64,000 bases of DNA from contig CP075494.1 of assembly GCA_021613535.1 (NCBI GenBank), positions 15,438,001 through 15,502,000 of the forward strand, given 5' to 3'. Made by a program: the position numbers and the translations under genes. The DNA is from Adineta vaga. Taxonomy: Eukaryota; Animalia; Rotifera. Positions 11,626 through 26,113 of the stretch are shown in pieces. The notes beneath the pieces are model-generated. The model saw only the letters and a program-made list of their open reading frames with translations, had not been told where the DNA came from and did no database searches. Within the stretch, counting starts at the first letter, position 1. Every line of letters begins with the position of its first letter.

Positions 11626-13855
11626 ATGAATGGAAGATCAATTATGTTACAAATGGAAACAACGACAAATGAGAAAACTAAAGATTTGATCAATCCATTG
11701 TTAGATAATGTAGAAAGAAAAGAAACTGATATTCAATCAATGATAATTTCATATGAAAATATAAATTATACTGTTAATCAAATGAATGAAAATGAAACTT
11801 TTGTAAACTGGTCAAGATTAATATCATGTTGCAAAACAAGATTGAAAAAACAGATTTTATTTAATCTATCCGGTGTTTTTACACCGGGAATGAACGCTAT
11901 TCTAGGTAAAAGATTCTTCTTTTCAATAGAAATACATATTTGAATACTCTAAGGACCCACTGGTTGTGGTAAATCAACTCTTCTCGATATTCTTGCTGAT
12001 CGAAAAGATCCTCGTGGTTTAACAGGAAATGTTCTCGTTAATGGACGATCTCGTTCCATTAATTTTAAATACAATGTTGGTTATGTTGTACAAGAAGGTA
12101 AAGATTTAGTTCGATTTTATCTTATCAATTTGATTCTTTGAAGATATTATCAGTGGAACGTTAACTGTTCGAGAAAATCTGATGTTTTCAGCAAATGTTC
12201 GTCTTCAAAATGTTCTTTCTCGACATGAAAGAATTGATCGAGTTAAGAAAATTATTCATGAATTAGATCTTTCTTCATGTGCTGATACTTTCATTGGTAC
12301 TGATTTTGTTCGAGGAATATCTGGTGGAGAGAAAAAACGAACAAGTATTGGAATGGAATTAATACTTTTACCAAAGATTCTTTTCTTAGATGAACCAACG
12401 ACAGGTTAGTGAAATTCTTCTTCCATTCCATATGAATTAATTTTCTTTTCTAGGACTTGATGCATCAACAGCACAGAATGTTATTAATTGTTTACATAAA
12501 CTTTCACGACAAGGACGCAAGTTTTCTTCGAAGATGAGTTCATTTAACTAACAAATGAATTGTATTATTTCAGATACGATTATTTTCTCTATTCATCAAC
12601 CACGTTATTCAATATTTAAATTATTTGATAAAGTTCTTTTATTATCCAATGGTCATACAATTTATTTCGATTCACCAAAATATATTTTATCTTATTTTGC
12701 TTCTCAAAATTTTCATTGCGAAGAAAAAGAAAATCCTGCTGATTTTATTCTTGATATTCTAATCGATTCGAAAAATCATTCATCAGAAATCTTTCCAAAT
12801 GCTTATCTTCATTCTACAATGCATTCAAATACTCTTTCATCAATTCAATCTATCACAACTTCAACCAATAATCAATCTTACTTCGAACAAAATCATTCTC
12901 GATCTTCTTTTGTAGAATTTTATTATCTCTCTCAACGAACATTTCTAAATGCAATACGAAATCCATTATTAACTATTTCTCAAATTCTCATTGCACTGGC
13001 GTTAGGTTTACTTACTGGATTACTTTTTTTTAATATGAAAACAACAATCGAACCTGATGTATCCAATCGTATCGGTGCTATTTTCTTCTTTGCTACACAT
13101 CAAATTCTATGTACAACAAGTGCATTAGAACCATTGATTAAAGAACGAATTCTATTCAGTCATGTAAATATTCTTTGATGAACAATGAAAATTCAACTCA
13201 TAATTTGTCATTTAGGAAAATACCAGTGGATATTATCACGTTGGAACGTATTTTTTAGCAAAATTAGTTTGTGATCTGATTCCCATGCGTATCATACCTT
13301 CATTTGTATTTTCAATAATTGCTTATCCATTAATGGGTTTTCAACGATCATTACGTCGATTTCTAATATTTCTTATAACAATATTCGTCTCGTCAGTATT
13401 TGGTTCGGCTTTATGCTTTTTCATTGCAGCTTGTGTTCCGGTATTTGGTAAGAAGTTGTTTTTTTCTGAATGATATATATATATATTAGTGAATTTTAAT
13501 TTTAGCGGTCGCTTTAATAGTGACCATCTTCGTTTTTTCTATAATGATGGTTGTTAGTGGTTTTCTTGTGGATTTAGATAGTATATTTCCTGTTCTACGA
13601 TGGATTAAATGGATTAGTGCAATTCGTTATTCATCGAATTTATTATCGATTAATGAATTTCGTGATATAAAATTTTGTTTAAATAATCAAAGTCAAATTT
13701 GTCCATTACAAGGTGAACAAATCTTATTGAAACGTAAGATTCCATATGAAAATGATTGGGATATTTGGATAAATCTATTCGTGATTATTCTCATGGCATT
13801 TGTCTGTTTTATTATGGCTTATATTCAAATGTTACGTATAAAAAAAGTGAAATAA
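11626..13855 (+). CDS. ABCG2-like half ABC transporter (NBD-TMD), multi-exon
   Basis: Walker A GPTGCGKST, signature GISGGEKKR, Walker B ILFLDEPTTGLD, IHQPR, ENPADF, then ABC2 membrane helices. Confidence 0.95.
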
Positions 13856-13920
13856 ATAAACAATTCTGTTCTCATATTATTGATATAAAACTGAAAACGA
13901 TTATATTTAGATAATTCAAT

Positions 13921-15018
13921 CTATTTCAGACCAAGAGAAGTCGCTCCAAGCCACATTAGATGTGATGTAAATGCTATTGTTGTTCGTACAAATCCAAGAC
14001 GATAAGAACTTTGATCAGTATTGTTTTGTGCATTATGAGAAAGAATTTCATTAGCAGTTGGATCTGATTCACATAACGAAATCATTTCTCTGTTGTTATC
14101 AGTTACTGAGAAAACAACATCAATATAAAGTCCAAAATGATCACTTGGAAAAAGATAATTTCCAGTTTGAATAGCTTCATTTGCCCATAACATACACGGA
14201 GCTATGGCAAATGCAGAAAATCCTTGAGAAAAAAGTATACGATCAAGTCGCATTTGTCGACATTCACCAGGAATATAATATGGAATAAGAGTATTTTTCA
14301 AGGTATCAAATGTATATCCTTTGTCACCATCATTGAATGGAGAAAGATGAGAAAAATGTGTCTGTGCCCAAGCATCAATGAATTGATTTTCAATAACGAT
14401 TGCATCTTCAAATTGATAGTGAAGATTTAGATCACCCATAATCACGAACGGAGATCTAAATGTTTGTAAAATATCAACAATATCACGTATCTGTCGAGAT
14501 CGTAATTGTGCATTCTTTGCTGTTTGATATGCTGTTGTATGATGAGCACAAAAATATACAAATTTCTTATCTAATTGAACTTTTCCAACTACTGCTTCAC
14601 GTCTACTACCGGTTACAGAAACTGCGAATACTTCAAGCAATGGTAATTTACTTAAAAGAATACATCCATGTGGTGATAAAAGTCCATTAGTACATTTTTC
14701 ATCGAAATATTCGGTAATAAAATAATTTTCTCGAATAAATGAACATTGTTGTAATCGTTCCAATGCAGTAGGCGTTACTTCATTTAAACCAAGTATAGTT
14801 GGATTAAGATTGATAATACCTGTACATAACCATTCGAATCTTTCATTACTTCGTATAGCCATTTCAATAAACCATGGAAAACAATCGGCAAGAATATTCA
14901 ATGTCGCTATACGAATCGTTTCATTGCTTGTTATCTCGTAGTTTAGATCAGAAACTGCATTGAATGGAACCCATTGAATACCATTCCATCGAAAACTCGA
15001 TACTTGACGTGAAGTCAT
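13921..15018 (-). CDS. Endonuclease/exonuclease/phosphatase (EEP, TDP2-like) protein, intronless
   Basis: EEP motifs TLNILAD, GLNEV, MGDLN, IDAW, YTFD, RLDRI, PSDHFGL in a 365-aa ORF. Confidence 0.9.
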   Translation of the reverse strand: MTSRQVSSFRWNGIQWVPFNAVSDLNYEITSNETIRIATLNILADCFPWFIEMAIRSNERFEWLCTGIINLNPTILGLNEVTPTALERLQQCSFIRENYFITEYFDEKCTNGLLSPHGCILLSKLPLLEVFAVSVTGSRREAVVGKVQLDKKFVYFCAHHTTAYQTAKNAQLRSRQIRDIVDILQTFRSPFVIMGDLNLHYQFEDAIVIENQFIDAWAQTHFSHLSPFNDGDKGYTFDTLKNTLIPYYIPGECRQMRLDRILFSQGFSAFAIAPCMLWANEAIQTGNYLFPSDHFGLYIDVVFSVTDNNREMISLCESDPTANEILSHNAQNNTDQSSYRLGFVRTTIAFTSHLMWLGATSLGLK

Positions 15019-15500
15019 TAAAAGAAATTTTATGTGTACAATCTTTTTTTTGATTCATCGACTTATAACAAAATACGTCATTCTCTCGATGTTTGTGCAA
15101 TAACTACATACGCGGACATAAGGTGTTGTTTTCTTTCTTTGACAGAAAACGACTTGAATATGACTCATCGCATATGTCGATAGAACGATGTTGTATGAAA
15201 CGTCTATTAGCTATGCAGGTTATTTGATAATTATGATAGAATCACATAAATACCAAGAAATTTCTATGCTAAACTATATTCCACTGATGAGGAGAATTTA
15301 TGACATTGGGAAGAAGCGTTTTTTAATAAACTGTTCGCAATATTTTATCATCTTCATCGTTTTATAGAGAAGAAAATTGAAGAATTTTATTTAATAAATA
15401 AAGATAATGTATGTGTAATGTCTTTCGAATAGTAAGAAACAAAACCTTTCTATTCGAAGAGTATTGATATAGACATGATACATTTTTGGAAGAAGTTAAA

Positions 15501-18500
15501 TTAATTTCCAAAAATCTTCGTTGCAACTTGTTTGACAATTTCACCGGGTAATGACCAAATCGCAAGTAAAAGGAAGATAACAACGATGACAATAATAAGT
15601 CCAATAATAATTGGCCATTTAAAATTACGCCATATAACAAAACGTAATGTTTTCCATGGTGATGTAAACCAAAGAAAAGATGTTTTCGGTCGACTAAAAG
15701 AAACATCAGAAAAATTTTCGAAAACAAAAGAAGATTTTTGTTTTCAACGAACTTTGGTTCATCGAGTGGTTGTGGCGCTTCACGTGCTTTTCCAACAGGA
15801 TTCTTCTGTGCTTCTTCAAATGTAAGCAATGATATTTCAGCTTCGATTTTACCCTATTCAAGCCAAAAATTTTCAATTTTAAATCTTCATTTCACTGATC
15901 ATTTACTTACACCTAACAGATCTTTATCACGAATAACACCTTCAGCTGCAGGCGCAATCATTGGCCAATGACCTAGCAACATTTTTTATCAAAGAATTTC
16001 TCATTCCCAATAACAAATCTTCTTACCAGCTAGACGTTTATTCACAAAGAGATTTACTGATGGATGTTTAGAATTCAAAACAATATTTGCTTTACATTTC
16101 TTCGATGATTTGGCACCCAGTGGAAAATGTGTTAAATTAAGAATACATTCACCTAAATAAAACTGATTTATTTCATTAAACAAATCAAATCATTGAACTA
16201 ACCAAGAAAATCATCAGCAGATAAAAGATCGGCATCATAAACTCGAATAACAATTCGTGGTGGAATCTTCTTTGTGGTATTTCCCACTTGAAAAACTGAA
16301 TCTTTTGCTTCATAAACAATTTTTTCTTCTATTTCCAAATAATTAAAATCAAATACAAATCGCCAATTGAAATTTCCTTCACCTGTCAACGATCTATTAT
16401 TGAAATAAAGAAAAATTTCAATTAATCATCCGATTTAGAAAACTCAACTTACCGATAATGAATATCTGTTTCTTGTGAATCAACATTTTCTCCTATAATC
16501 CATGCTTTTACATAAATATCCGAAGTTTTTTCTCCTGTAACAAAATTTTCATCATTCAATTCGACATCATGTGTATTCCAAATAGTTAAACGTAATTGAT
16601 ATGGAACTGGCTTCAATGGTGAAATATCAATCGGAGAACTTGACGGTGGACGTGACATGGGAAAAAAATCTAACCACATTTCTAATCTGCCTTGTTCAGT
16701 ATCAGGAAATTCATCGTTAAATAATGGTCGAGATTCAATATGTTCAGCTACTAAAGCACATTTCTAAATTGAAAAATCATGATAGAAAAGATCGTTGGTT
16801 ATTTTTTTTCTCTTACAGGATTGATTTTTCTTCCCCAGGCACGAAGAGCAGCTAAGGCTGTATTTTGTTGAATATATTCATCAGGTGATTCATGATGAAC
16901 TTTCCTATGTAATGTTGTTGTAGCAGATTTTGCATTCAAAATGAATTCTACACATGAAGGATCGCATTGAAAACGATTATCACCGATTTGAACAGATTGA
17001 AGATTTTCCGAGTATTTTGGTACGAACGATGTTGTTGTTCCACACAATTCAGAGAGAATAATAGTTGGTTTTTTCGTATCACGCCAAGCGTTGTAACCCG
17101 CACTAAAAGAAATGAGATTCAATTGAATATTTTATACAAAATAAAATGTTTTATTGACCTATCATAACGATTGGGTAGACCACATGTTGCTCTATGACAT
17201 GAAAAAAATCGATTTTCAATATCAATTTTCGTTTCAGCGATAATATCATTTGAACTTGTCATATCCCAATCCCAGATTTGAACACGTATTAAATTTTGCG
17301 TTGGAATCGTTACATCAAATTCATAGGATCTATTTATCGAATCAAACTATTCATCATTTGTTTTCGAAATAAATTTGACTCACTTTCCAAAAACAGGTTC
17401 TAATGTATTATGAAGTTTGCCTTTTGTATCATCAATAATCGTTGTATCATTTAGAGCGATTTTAATGAATGGATCAGCTTTACCGGATGCATCCCAACCA
17501 CGATATAAGGTAGCTTTGATCACATATAATCGACATTTAAGTGTAATACGATGTTCATTTAAATTAAATTGTGACATTTGTTGATTGGTTTGTGTAAATA
17601 CTACTTCCTTTGATGCTAGAAGATTATTGAGATCAGGACGGAATGCACTTGGATGAAAAGATAAGCGAGGATTATGATCAGTACTTAATGAACCTGAACT
17701 GCGTAGATCGAATTCATTGAATCCCAATTCACGAATACGAAGTTTACCCTAAAGATAAATGATCAATTCTATTTTCAAGAATAAAACTGAGTTTCTACCT
17801 TAAATTTCGCATAAATTCGTTTATCATCTCCCGTTTCATCGGATCGATTTGAACCTTTTCCTTTATATCTAAATGTAACAAAGAAATTAAACGTTTGTCA
17901 TACTTTTTTTTTGTTAAAATCTTACAAAGCGAATGTTTCTAAACAATCATTAAATCCTTCGTAATCATAAACATTTTCTAAGTCTGTTTCAACAATCTAA
18001 ATTGAAACGATAGTTAATGATTTATCAAAGAAAATGATCGTAATTTACATCAAATGTTTGTAATAATGTTAATTCTTTCAATCGATCAATTTCAATATTA
18101 TCCAAACTTTCATCGAATGCCGATTTTTTCTAAACAAGAATGAACAGAATTTTTGGAGAAAAAAACCGAAGAGAAATATTCGACTTTTACTTTATCTTCT
18201 TCAGAGTGATCGTGTTGGGAATTTTTGAGACGTTGAAATGTTTTTTGAGCTTTTCCCGCTTGTGAAAATACTTTCTTAATTGTATTCCATAAATCTACCG
18301 TTCGTTTATTTGAACGTTCTATTTAAAGAAAATGTTTTCTTTCCTATCAAATAAAATTTCTTCGAAACAAACTTTTTCGTCCATCATAAAAATCTGCATA
18401 AGCAATAGCAGTATTCGCTGGTTCTTCGTAAAGATTTGCATTGGCTCGTTGTTGTAAACGCTAAAAGGAAACAATTTCTAGAGAAGATGAAATGAGAAAT

Positions 18501-21500
18501 ATCATACAAGTTTTGCTTTTGATGCATAATACTTGTTCCACCATCCAGCTGATTTTTCCATTTCATCTCTTTTAACTTTTTCTACTGTTTTCAAAGGACG
18601 ATCTTCTGTATTATCAGCTGTCGTTACTAATTCATCAGTTGTAGATATATTTTTAAGTTCAGTATCACCTTTATCTGTAGCCTTGTCATCATCATCGTCG
18701 TCTTCCTAATTTAAAGAAAAAAATTCTATTCGTAGTCAAAAAGAAACCTAGCAATTCATACTTTAGTTTCAGATAAGGCATCAGCATTGATAATAGCTCG
18801 TTGACTATCTCGCTCATCTTTATCCTTTCCTGCTTCCTTTTCAAATTTACTTAATTTTTCCTTTCCAATATCTTTATTTTTCGATGCCAATGCAGCTAAA
18901 CATATCGAAAAGATTAGAAATAATCTCCAGTTAAATATATAATCAAACCTTCATATGCATCAACAATAGATTTTCGAACACGATTGAAATCATACGGCAT
19001 TGCTTTTGACATTTCATTAATTGCATTGGCTAACGCTTCTTCCGTTGGCGAAAGTTTTTGAAATGGTCGATGAAGAAATTTTTGTAAATCAGTTACAACT
19101 AAATTTCCAACGACTTCTTTCATTCCAAAAAGTCGATTTTGTACACAAAGAATGCTTAAATGTGGCCAAAATTTATTATCATCCGGTAGATTCTAGACGA
19201 AAAACGAAGTAAACTAACAAAAGAAGTTTGCTTGTCATACCACATGTAGAATATACATATCCGGTTGACCAGTTGAAACGGAAAAATTCGGATATTTTTG
19301 AACATCTTTTATTGTTCTTGTTGTTCGTTCACCAGCACATTCGATGGTAACTTCGGCTTCTTGAATGGATTGTAAGCCAATTGGACGACATTCACGTAAA
19401 CCCCAAAACATAATCTGAAATTGAAAATGATACGTTGTTTTTTTACATCGTAAGAAAGTTTTCTTACTTCAATTTCATAAGATTTCATTGGTGGCATAAG
19501 TGCATAAGGAATCTGATAGAGTAAATGTTTCTTAATTGTTTTCGTAACGAAATTTTCCGGAGGAAAATTCTCTTTTGTTATAGGAAGTTCTTCAAGTTGA
19601 TATACTGAATCAACTTCTTGAGTTTCCTATGAAGAAAAGAATGTTCTATTGATGATAGATGAGATGTTTCGTTTTAATGAAATTACTGGATTGATTTCAA
19701 TAAGTTCAAATGCTGCTAAAAGTTCTCCAGCTCGTTTATCACCAATCTTAAATTCAAACCATTCAAATGGATATTCACGATTTGGATCGTCTTTTTTACA
19801 TATATTAAGTTTCGCTGTTGTTGAAAATCGACCAATCAAATCTGGTCCATCATTATCCTAAATATACACATAGCTGTAAACGATAAAATCTTCAAAAAGT
19901 TATTCAATATGCTGATTAGACTGTAGAAAAGAATTAAAGCATTGTTTAGCAACAAGAATAAAGCTTATTTAACGTACCCGGACGCTTTTCTTAAAAAAAA
20001 ATATATGAACATTCAATGTTAAATACGAAAAACAAACATTCAGGTTTTAGATAGATGCAAATGACATGCTTTTTTGGATTTAAAAGAAACGAGATAAGGT
20101 CAATTTTTTTACTTCATCATAATCATAACATTCAACAACAACATTGCCAATGATTTGTTCAGCTGATTCTCGATCGCCAACATGCATTAAATTTGAGAAA
20201 GCTAATGTTACATTCCATTGTGGACATAAAGATTGTAGAAGAATCTATATGAAGTAAAGGAAACATACGATAAGTTTGCGAGTAGAAATGAAAATTTATA
20301 CCGGTGTTGTTTGTGTTACAGTTCCAACAGTTATACTTAGAAAAGGATCAGATAGACCTGTATCATCTGAAGCAAGTAAAGCTCTTGCTTTCAAACAATG
20401 ACATCGTACTTCATAGAAATGTCGTTCTAGAAACGAGATTTAATTTCAATAATTCATAAACTTATATCTCACCATTATATCGAATAGATTTTGTTGATGC
20501 TTGTAATGGTAATATTGGCATATCGAATCCAGCAGGTAATTGTCTGTATATATACGGTTCATATTCTTCAATGCCAAGCCAAAGAAACATTTGAACTTTA
20601 GCATTCGTCGAAGGATTCAATGGTTTATCTGTTGAACGTGGTGTCTAAAACAAGTTGATTTCATATTTCGTTTTTTTTCGATAAAATCTAATTTTATACT
20701 TTGAGAAAGAATGTTTGAACACGACCATTGTATAAACCTTTATCACCTTCGCATAAATTAAATAGAAGATCTTCGGCTGAAATACGTGTATAAGCCACTC
20801 GTTTGGAATCACTTATCATCCATAGAAATATATCAGGTAATGCTGGTTGAGCCTTTAAATAGAAAAAAAGTCAAATTTTTTCGAATGAATTTTGCTTTTG
20901 TCATTTACATCAATAGCCATTTGTCGAAAGGCTCGTGCAATTTGATTTAAATCTTTGACAATATCATATCGTTTTGATTCATCATAATCTTGTTTCTTTG
21001 AAATCCATGCTTTAACAGATTCAAGATTAAACATTAGTTTTTTTCGTCTTTTTTCATCTAAAGAATTTGTTTTTGATGTTGGCGTCGAATTTAAAACTTC
21101 ACTTAAACTTGGATGAATAAGCGGTGCAATACCATAGGAATCATCATTCGTTATTCGATCACCACATCCACACGGTAATGTATGAACATAATCATGAATT
21201 TTTTTATATTGATCCATGAGAACATCGGTCGAAGCTTGAGAATCGATCTTTGATTCAAATTCACGTATGTATTTTTGCTAAAAGAGAAGAAAATCTGTAT
21301 GAAAATCAACGAATACAATGGAATTACCATATGTTCCGCTACATTTTTAAAACGATTGGATAATGTCATTCGATAGACATAATCATGAAATGTATATTTC
21401 GTAAATAAAATTGGTTTTTGTAAATCAATTGGTAAACGAAAATGTTGTTTATTATTATCAACAGGTACGGATGGATATGATCGTGTTAATGATGTAACTG

Positions 21501-24163
21501 GTATACGTGTTGCTTCAAGAAATTTTTGAGGATTTAAATAACCACTTGAACCAATACTTAATTCAAAACAAATTGAAGTATTTCCATATGCTTTATCAAT
21601 CATTGTTACATCATAAAGACAACCAAATAAAAGAAATGTTCGTTTCATTGGAAATAAATGCTAAAACAAAAGATCAATACATCCTATTAAAGAAAAGCCA
21701 CAATTTCAATCGATTTACTGCTTCAGGTAAATGAATTCCTGTTTCTTTTTGTATATTCATATTTGATGTATTTTCTCCACTAACTGGATGACATTCAATT
21801 TCCATTAATAAACGTCCTTTATAACAAACTGCTTCACCCATTCCTTCACTAAGACCATCTTGATCTTTATTCATGGAATATTCTCGAGGACTTCCGTACA
21901 AAAACATCCATGTTGGACCAAATGTCGGTAAAAATCCTGCTGTTGAACTTGTTTCACTTATAGAAAATAGATCGATAAAAGTCGAAGAGATAATTCGATC
22001 ACGTTGAACAGCTGCATGATCTTTTAGTGATAATTTTATCGTTCGAATCAATGGAGGAAAACGTCCAACTAAATAAAATGCTTCTCCCCAGACAGGAGTT
22101 GCACCATTGATATGACTTGTGACTGCTCGCATTGTATTATACGTTATTTCAACGTAGGGATCAACCGCTTCCCAACCATCTGGTTGAAGAAGTTTTTTAG
22201 AAACAGATGATAAAAATTCCGTCATCATTTCAGGTAATTCGGATGCGGTATAAAGTGTAATTTTCATTTGAACTGGAAAGAGTGGATGAGGCATAGCGGC
22301 AGGAACCAAAGCTTTCCTAATGAAAAAACAAATCTTTATAGAAAAATAGAAAATAATTTAAATTACGATGGTTTATATTCATCATCATCATCGCCTAATT
22401 CATTGAGTAAATTCTTAAAGATAAAAAGACGTTTTTCATTAGAAATAAATAAATAAAGAGAAAGAGAGAGAGGATTTTACTCGTGATGGCGCGCCCCGTT
22501 CGGTAACAGTTATTGAAAGAAGTAAATGACCACAATAAGCTTCGATATTTTCCGGATTGATTAATTGTGCCCATTTTCGTTCGAATGAATGTTCTTTTTC
22601 ATTATAAACTGTTGAGATATCCAATCGAAATACTGCAACAGGTTTTGTATCTGTAAATGTACTGATGATTTTTTGCGAATGATGAACCTAAAATTGAACT
22701 CATACGAAAGAAATTCTTATGGAAAGTTCAAATTTACTTTGAAGAAGATGACTTTTTGCATCATTTGAGTAGCCGGTAGAGCGAAATCAAAGGTGAAAAA
22801 CTAAATAAAAGATGAAAATAGATGAATAAATCTTCTGTTTATTATATTTTACTTCTCCGAAATATGGAGAATTGGCAGATCGATGAATATTTGTATACCG
22901 TTTTTGATCATCAATTTGAATACAAACATAAGGATTCAATTCTGCTCCAGGAAATTCTCGTCCTTGAATAATATGAACCATAATTTGCCATTCGTTGATT
23001 TCATACGGATCTCCCTCATATCGACCCAAACTGAATACAGAGTTGTTAAAAAATTCCGATGAAAAAAATTTTCATACCTTTTTTGTAATAATTCAATATT
23101 TCCACGTTCGATTTTCTGTTTTTTTTCTTCGTCAACCGGATCCGAACTTTTCAATTCACCATCTGCATTAAAATCTGAATCACTATACGAATCAGTATCA
23201 GCATCATCCGCACGACCGACGAATTTTGTACGAAGTTTTCGTCTAAAAAAAACTCGAAAGTTTTCATTTCTTAACTATTTTCTATAGAAACTACAAACAA
23301 TTTTGTATCTTTTTTCGAATGAACATGTCGATATCGATGTCCACCATGTCTTCCTTCTTCATCAAAGACATTTCTCCAATCGGTTAATGGATTTTCAGCA
23401 GCAATACCTAGCGTTGCATTACGTTGTTCAATATCCGGTGGTGTATAATACAATTTCAATTCGACAGTAGTTGTCATTAGATAATTATTCGGATCAGATA
23501 TATTTTCATCGACAAGATGAATAAAATGCGATTCCATCAATGATTCTACCATCATTTCAAATATTCCAATTAATTTCTTTCGTTTTTTTCTATTCGTATG
23601 CGTATAAAATTCCATACGAACTTTATCGGCTGATGTTAATTCTCCTGCTAAATTAAAATTGAACTTTTTCGGTTGTTGACCACGTGCCAAAAAACTTGCT
23701 TCATCTTTGAATACAGGTACATTATTCGACCAAAGACTTATACCTAAATAACGATTTGAAATGAATATTTGAGAAACTTGAACATTATAATCGACTCGTT
23801 TGACCTAGGTCATACTGATTGAAAGAAAACTTCATTGACAAAAACATGTCTGAATCAGACATGTAGAGTCACATGGTAAATTTTCAATTTTCACTCGATA
23901 TTGATCGACTATCGCCATACGAGAAAACTCAAGGACGTTATTTATGTAGAAAACATTGGGAGAAAAGTGAATTTTCGCATGCGAAATAAATCTATACCTC
24001 GAAAGTGCGTCTTAGCACTGAGTAATGTTGTATTTTCATCGACAATTAATCGTACTGTTGGCTCATCTATTGTGGAATTATTATCTTGATCTACATTTGT
24101 TTGTGATAATGTTTTTGATAGATTAAGATGCGAAACTTTAAATAAAAATACAGTTAAGGCCAT
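15501..24163 (-). CDS. Otoferlin-like (type II) ferlin: multiple C2 domains, FerI/FerB, C-terminal TM; many exons
   Basis: N-terminus MALTVFL; GFLPTFGP; YKGRLL; Fer[21 protein letters not shown]; [26 protein letters not shown]; [30 protein letters not shown] followed by a hydrophobic anchor; stop at 15501-15503. Confidence 0.93.
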
Positions 24164-25049
24164 ATCGTAGATGATTCACAAATCTAAATTAAACTAATAA
24201 CTTGAAAACGAATATAAAGAAAGAAAAGGTATGTATAATATTTATCTAAAACAGAATGTATGAAGAATGTCTTATCGAACACAGGTAATAAGACGAATAT
24301 GAAAACGTTTTTTTTCTCGTTCTCTATACTTCAATGATTTTTCGATTTGTCTTGTTAACTTGTCACATCAACATATTTAGTTTTTCCAAATGATAAAATC
24401 GAATTGAGAATATCAATAAAAATATTCTTTTATTCCTCGAAATATCAACAAAATTTCAATTGTTTTAATCAAATATCAAAAATTTTCAAAAAATAGTTTT
24501 TCTCTTTTCTTTTTTGTTACAATCATTGATTCAATGACTCAATGTTCGTTATCGCTTTGCTTGAATGATTTTGTTATACTTGTTTACGAAAAGGAAAATA
24601 TATTTAAACTAAAGAATTTTTATCCTTGATGAAAAATGTCACTTATGTGAATAACCCGATGAAAATTTCAATAGCGTAACAATATGAATGTTAATCGTTG
24701 CAATTTTATTCGAAAATTTGCTCGAATTTTGTTTATTGTTTTATCGAAATGATTGATTTTTAAACGATAGGTCATCCATAATGCTCTATGAACAATGCTC
24801 GATTTTCTCCAATTTGATTCGTTAGATCAATATCGTTATTATCTGCAACAACACGACTATATCTTTTCTGCATTGTTTATATGTATACATATATATATAT
24901 AGCTGATTCTCTTTGTTTCACCTCTACGTATGAGAAGAGGATGTTGCTGTCTATTCTTTCTTCTGTTTGTTTTATCCTTATCGGGGCATATCTTTCGATT
25001 ATAACAACAACGCAGTTCATATACTGAATCATTTATTTCGAACGTAATA

Positions 25050-26113
25050 ATGATAGATAATCTGAAATCAACTACAGCGTTTCAACAGGGTCAACAAACG
25101 ACGAAACCAGCTCGTCGTTTTCTTCGAAAATTTATGAATGATTGGTCATTAAATTTCGCTGCAATGCTTGCTTATAATCTCTTAATTGCACTTCTTCCAG
25201 TTGCTATCGCTCTATTCGGAATCTTAGGTTTAGTTTTGAAAAATAATGATGACGCACGAGAAAGAGTCAAGAATAAAATCATTCGTTCATTTCCAACTGA
25301 TAATACAACACAATCTGGCATTCGACAAGTAATATAATCATATTTCGAAAAAGAAAAATCATCTTTCTTCTTTCTAGGTTGTTGATTTAGCATTTAATCA
25401 ATTATCAAAAGATGCTGGTTTTTTATTAGCAATTGGTATTATATTGGCAATGTTTGGTGCATCACGATTGTTTATTGCAATTGATAAATGTATGAATATT
25501 ATCTATCGAGTACCTGAACGACCATTTCTTAAAGAAAATCTCTTAGCATTTGGAATGTTATTTGTGTTTATCACTGTTATTCCTTTACTGCTTGGAGCAA
25601 GTTCAGCACCATCGATTTTATTGAGTATCATTCCTGGTGGTGGTGGTCGATTTGGTGCATTTCTTGGCGGATTTCTGTTCTCTTTATTAGTTGCATTTGT
25701 TCTTTTTGAAACGATCTATTGGTTTATTCCAAATAAGAAAATGAATTTTAAAGTCACTTGGTGTGGAGCTTTAGTTGCTGCGTTTACTTTGAATATCTTT
25801 ATTAACTTATTTCCATTGTATGTACGAAAATTTATGAATAATTATGCAGGTAAATTACATTTTCATTATAATTCATTTACTTCTTTTATTTTCTTTTTTA
25901 AAAGGCCAAATTGGTTTCGCTGTTATTCTTCTTCTTTTCTTTTACTACTTCGCAACGATACTTATCTTGGGTGCTCAAATCAATGCATTCTTTTTTGAAG
26001 ATTATCAACCATTTACTGATGGATTGGGTTCTTATGTCAGTCAAATGCATGATGAACATGGTGTTGCTGATCAAAAAAAACCATTAAATAGAGAAAATAT
26101 TGAAATTCATTAA
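25050..26113 (+). CDS. YihY/virulence factor BrkB family membrane protein (bacterial type) with two spliceosomal introns
   Basis: FLRKFMNDWSLNFAAMLAYNLLIALLP; GASRLFIAIDKCMNIIY; YWFIPN..VTWCGALVAA; LLLFFYYFATILILGAQINA. Introns 25329-25377 and 25850-25904 restore the frame. Confidence 0.85.
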
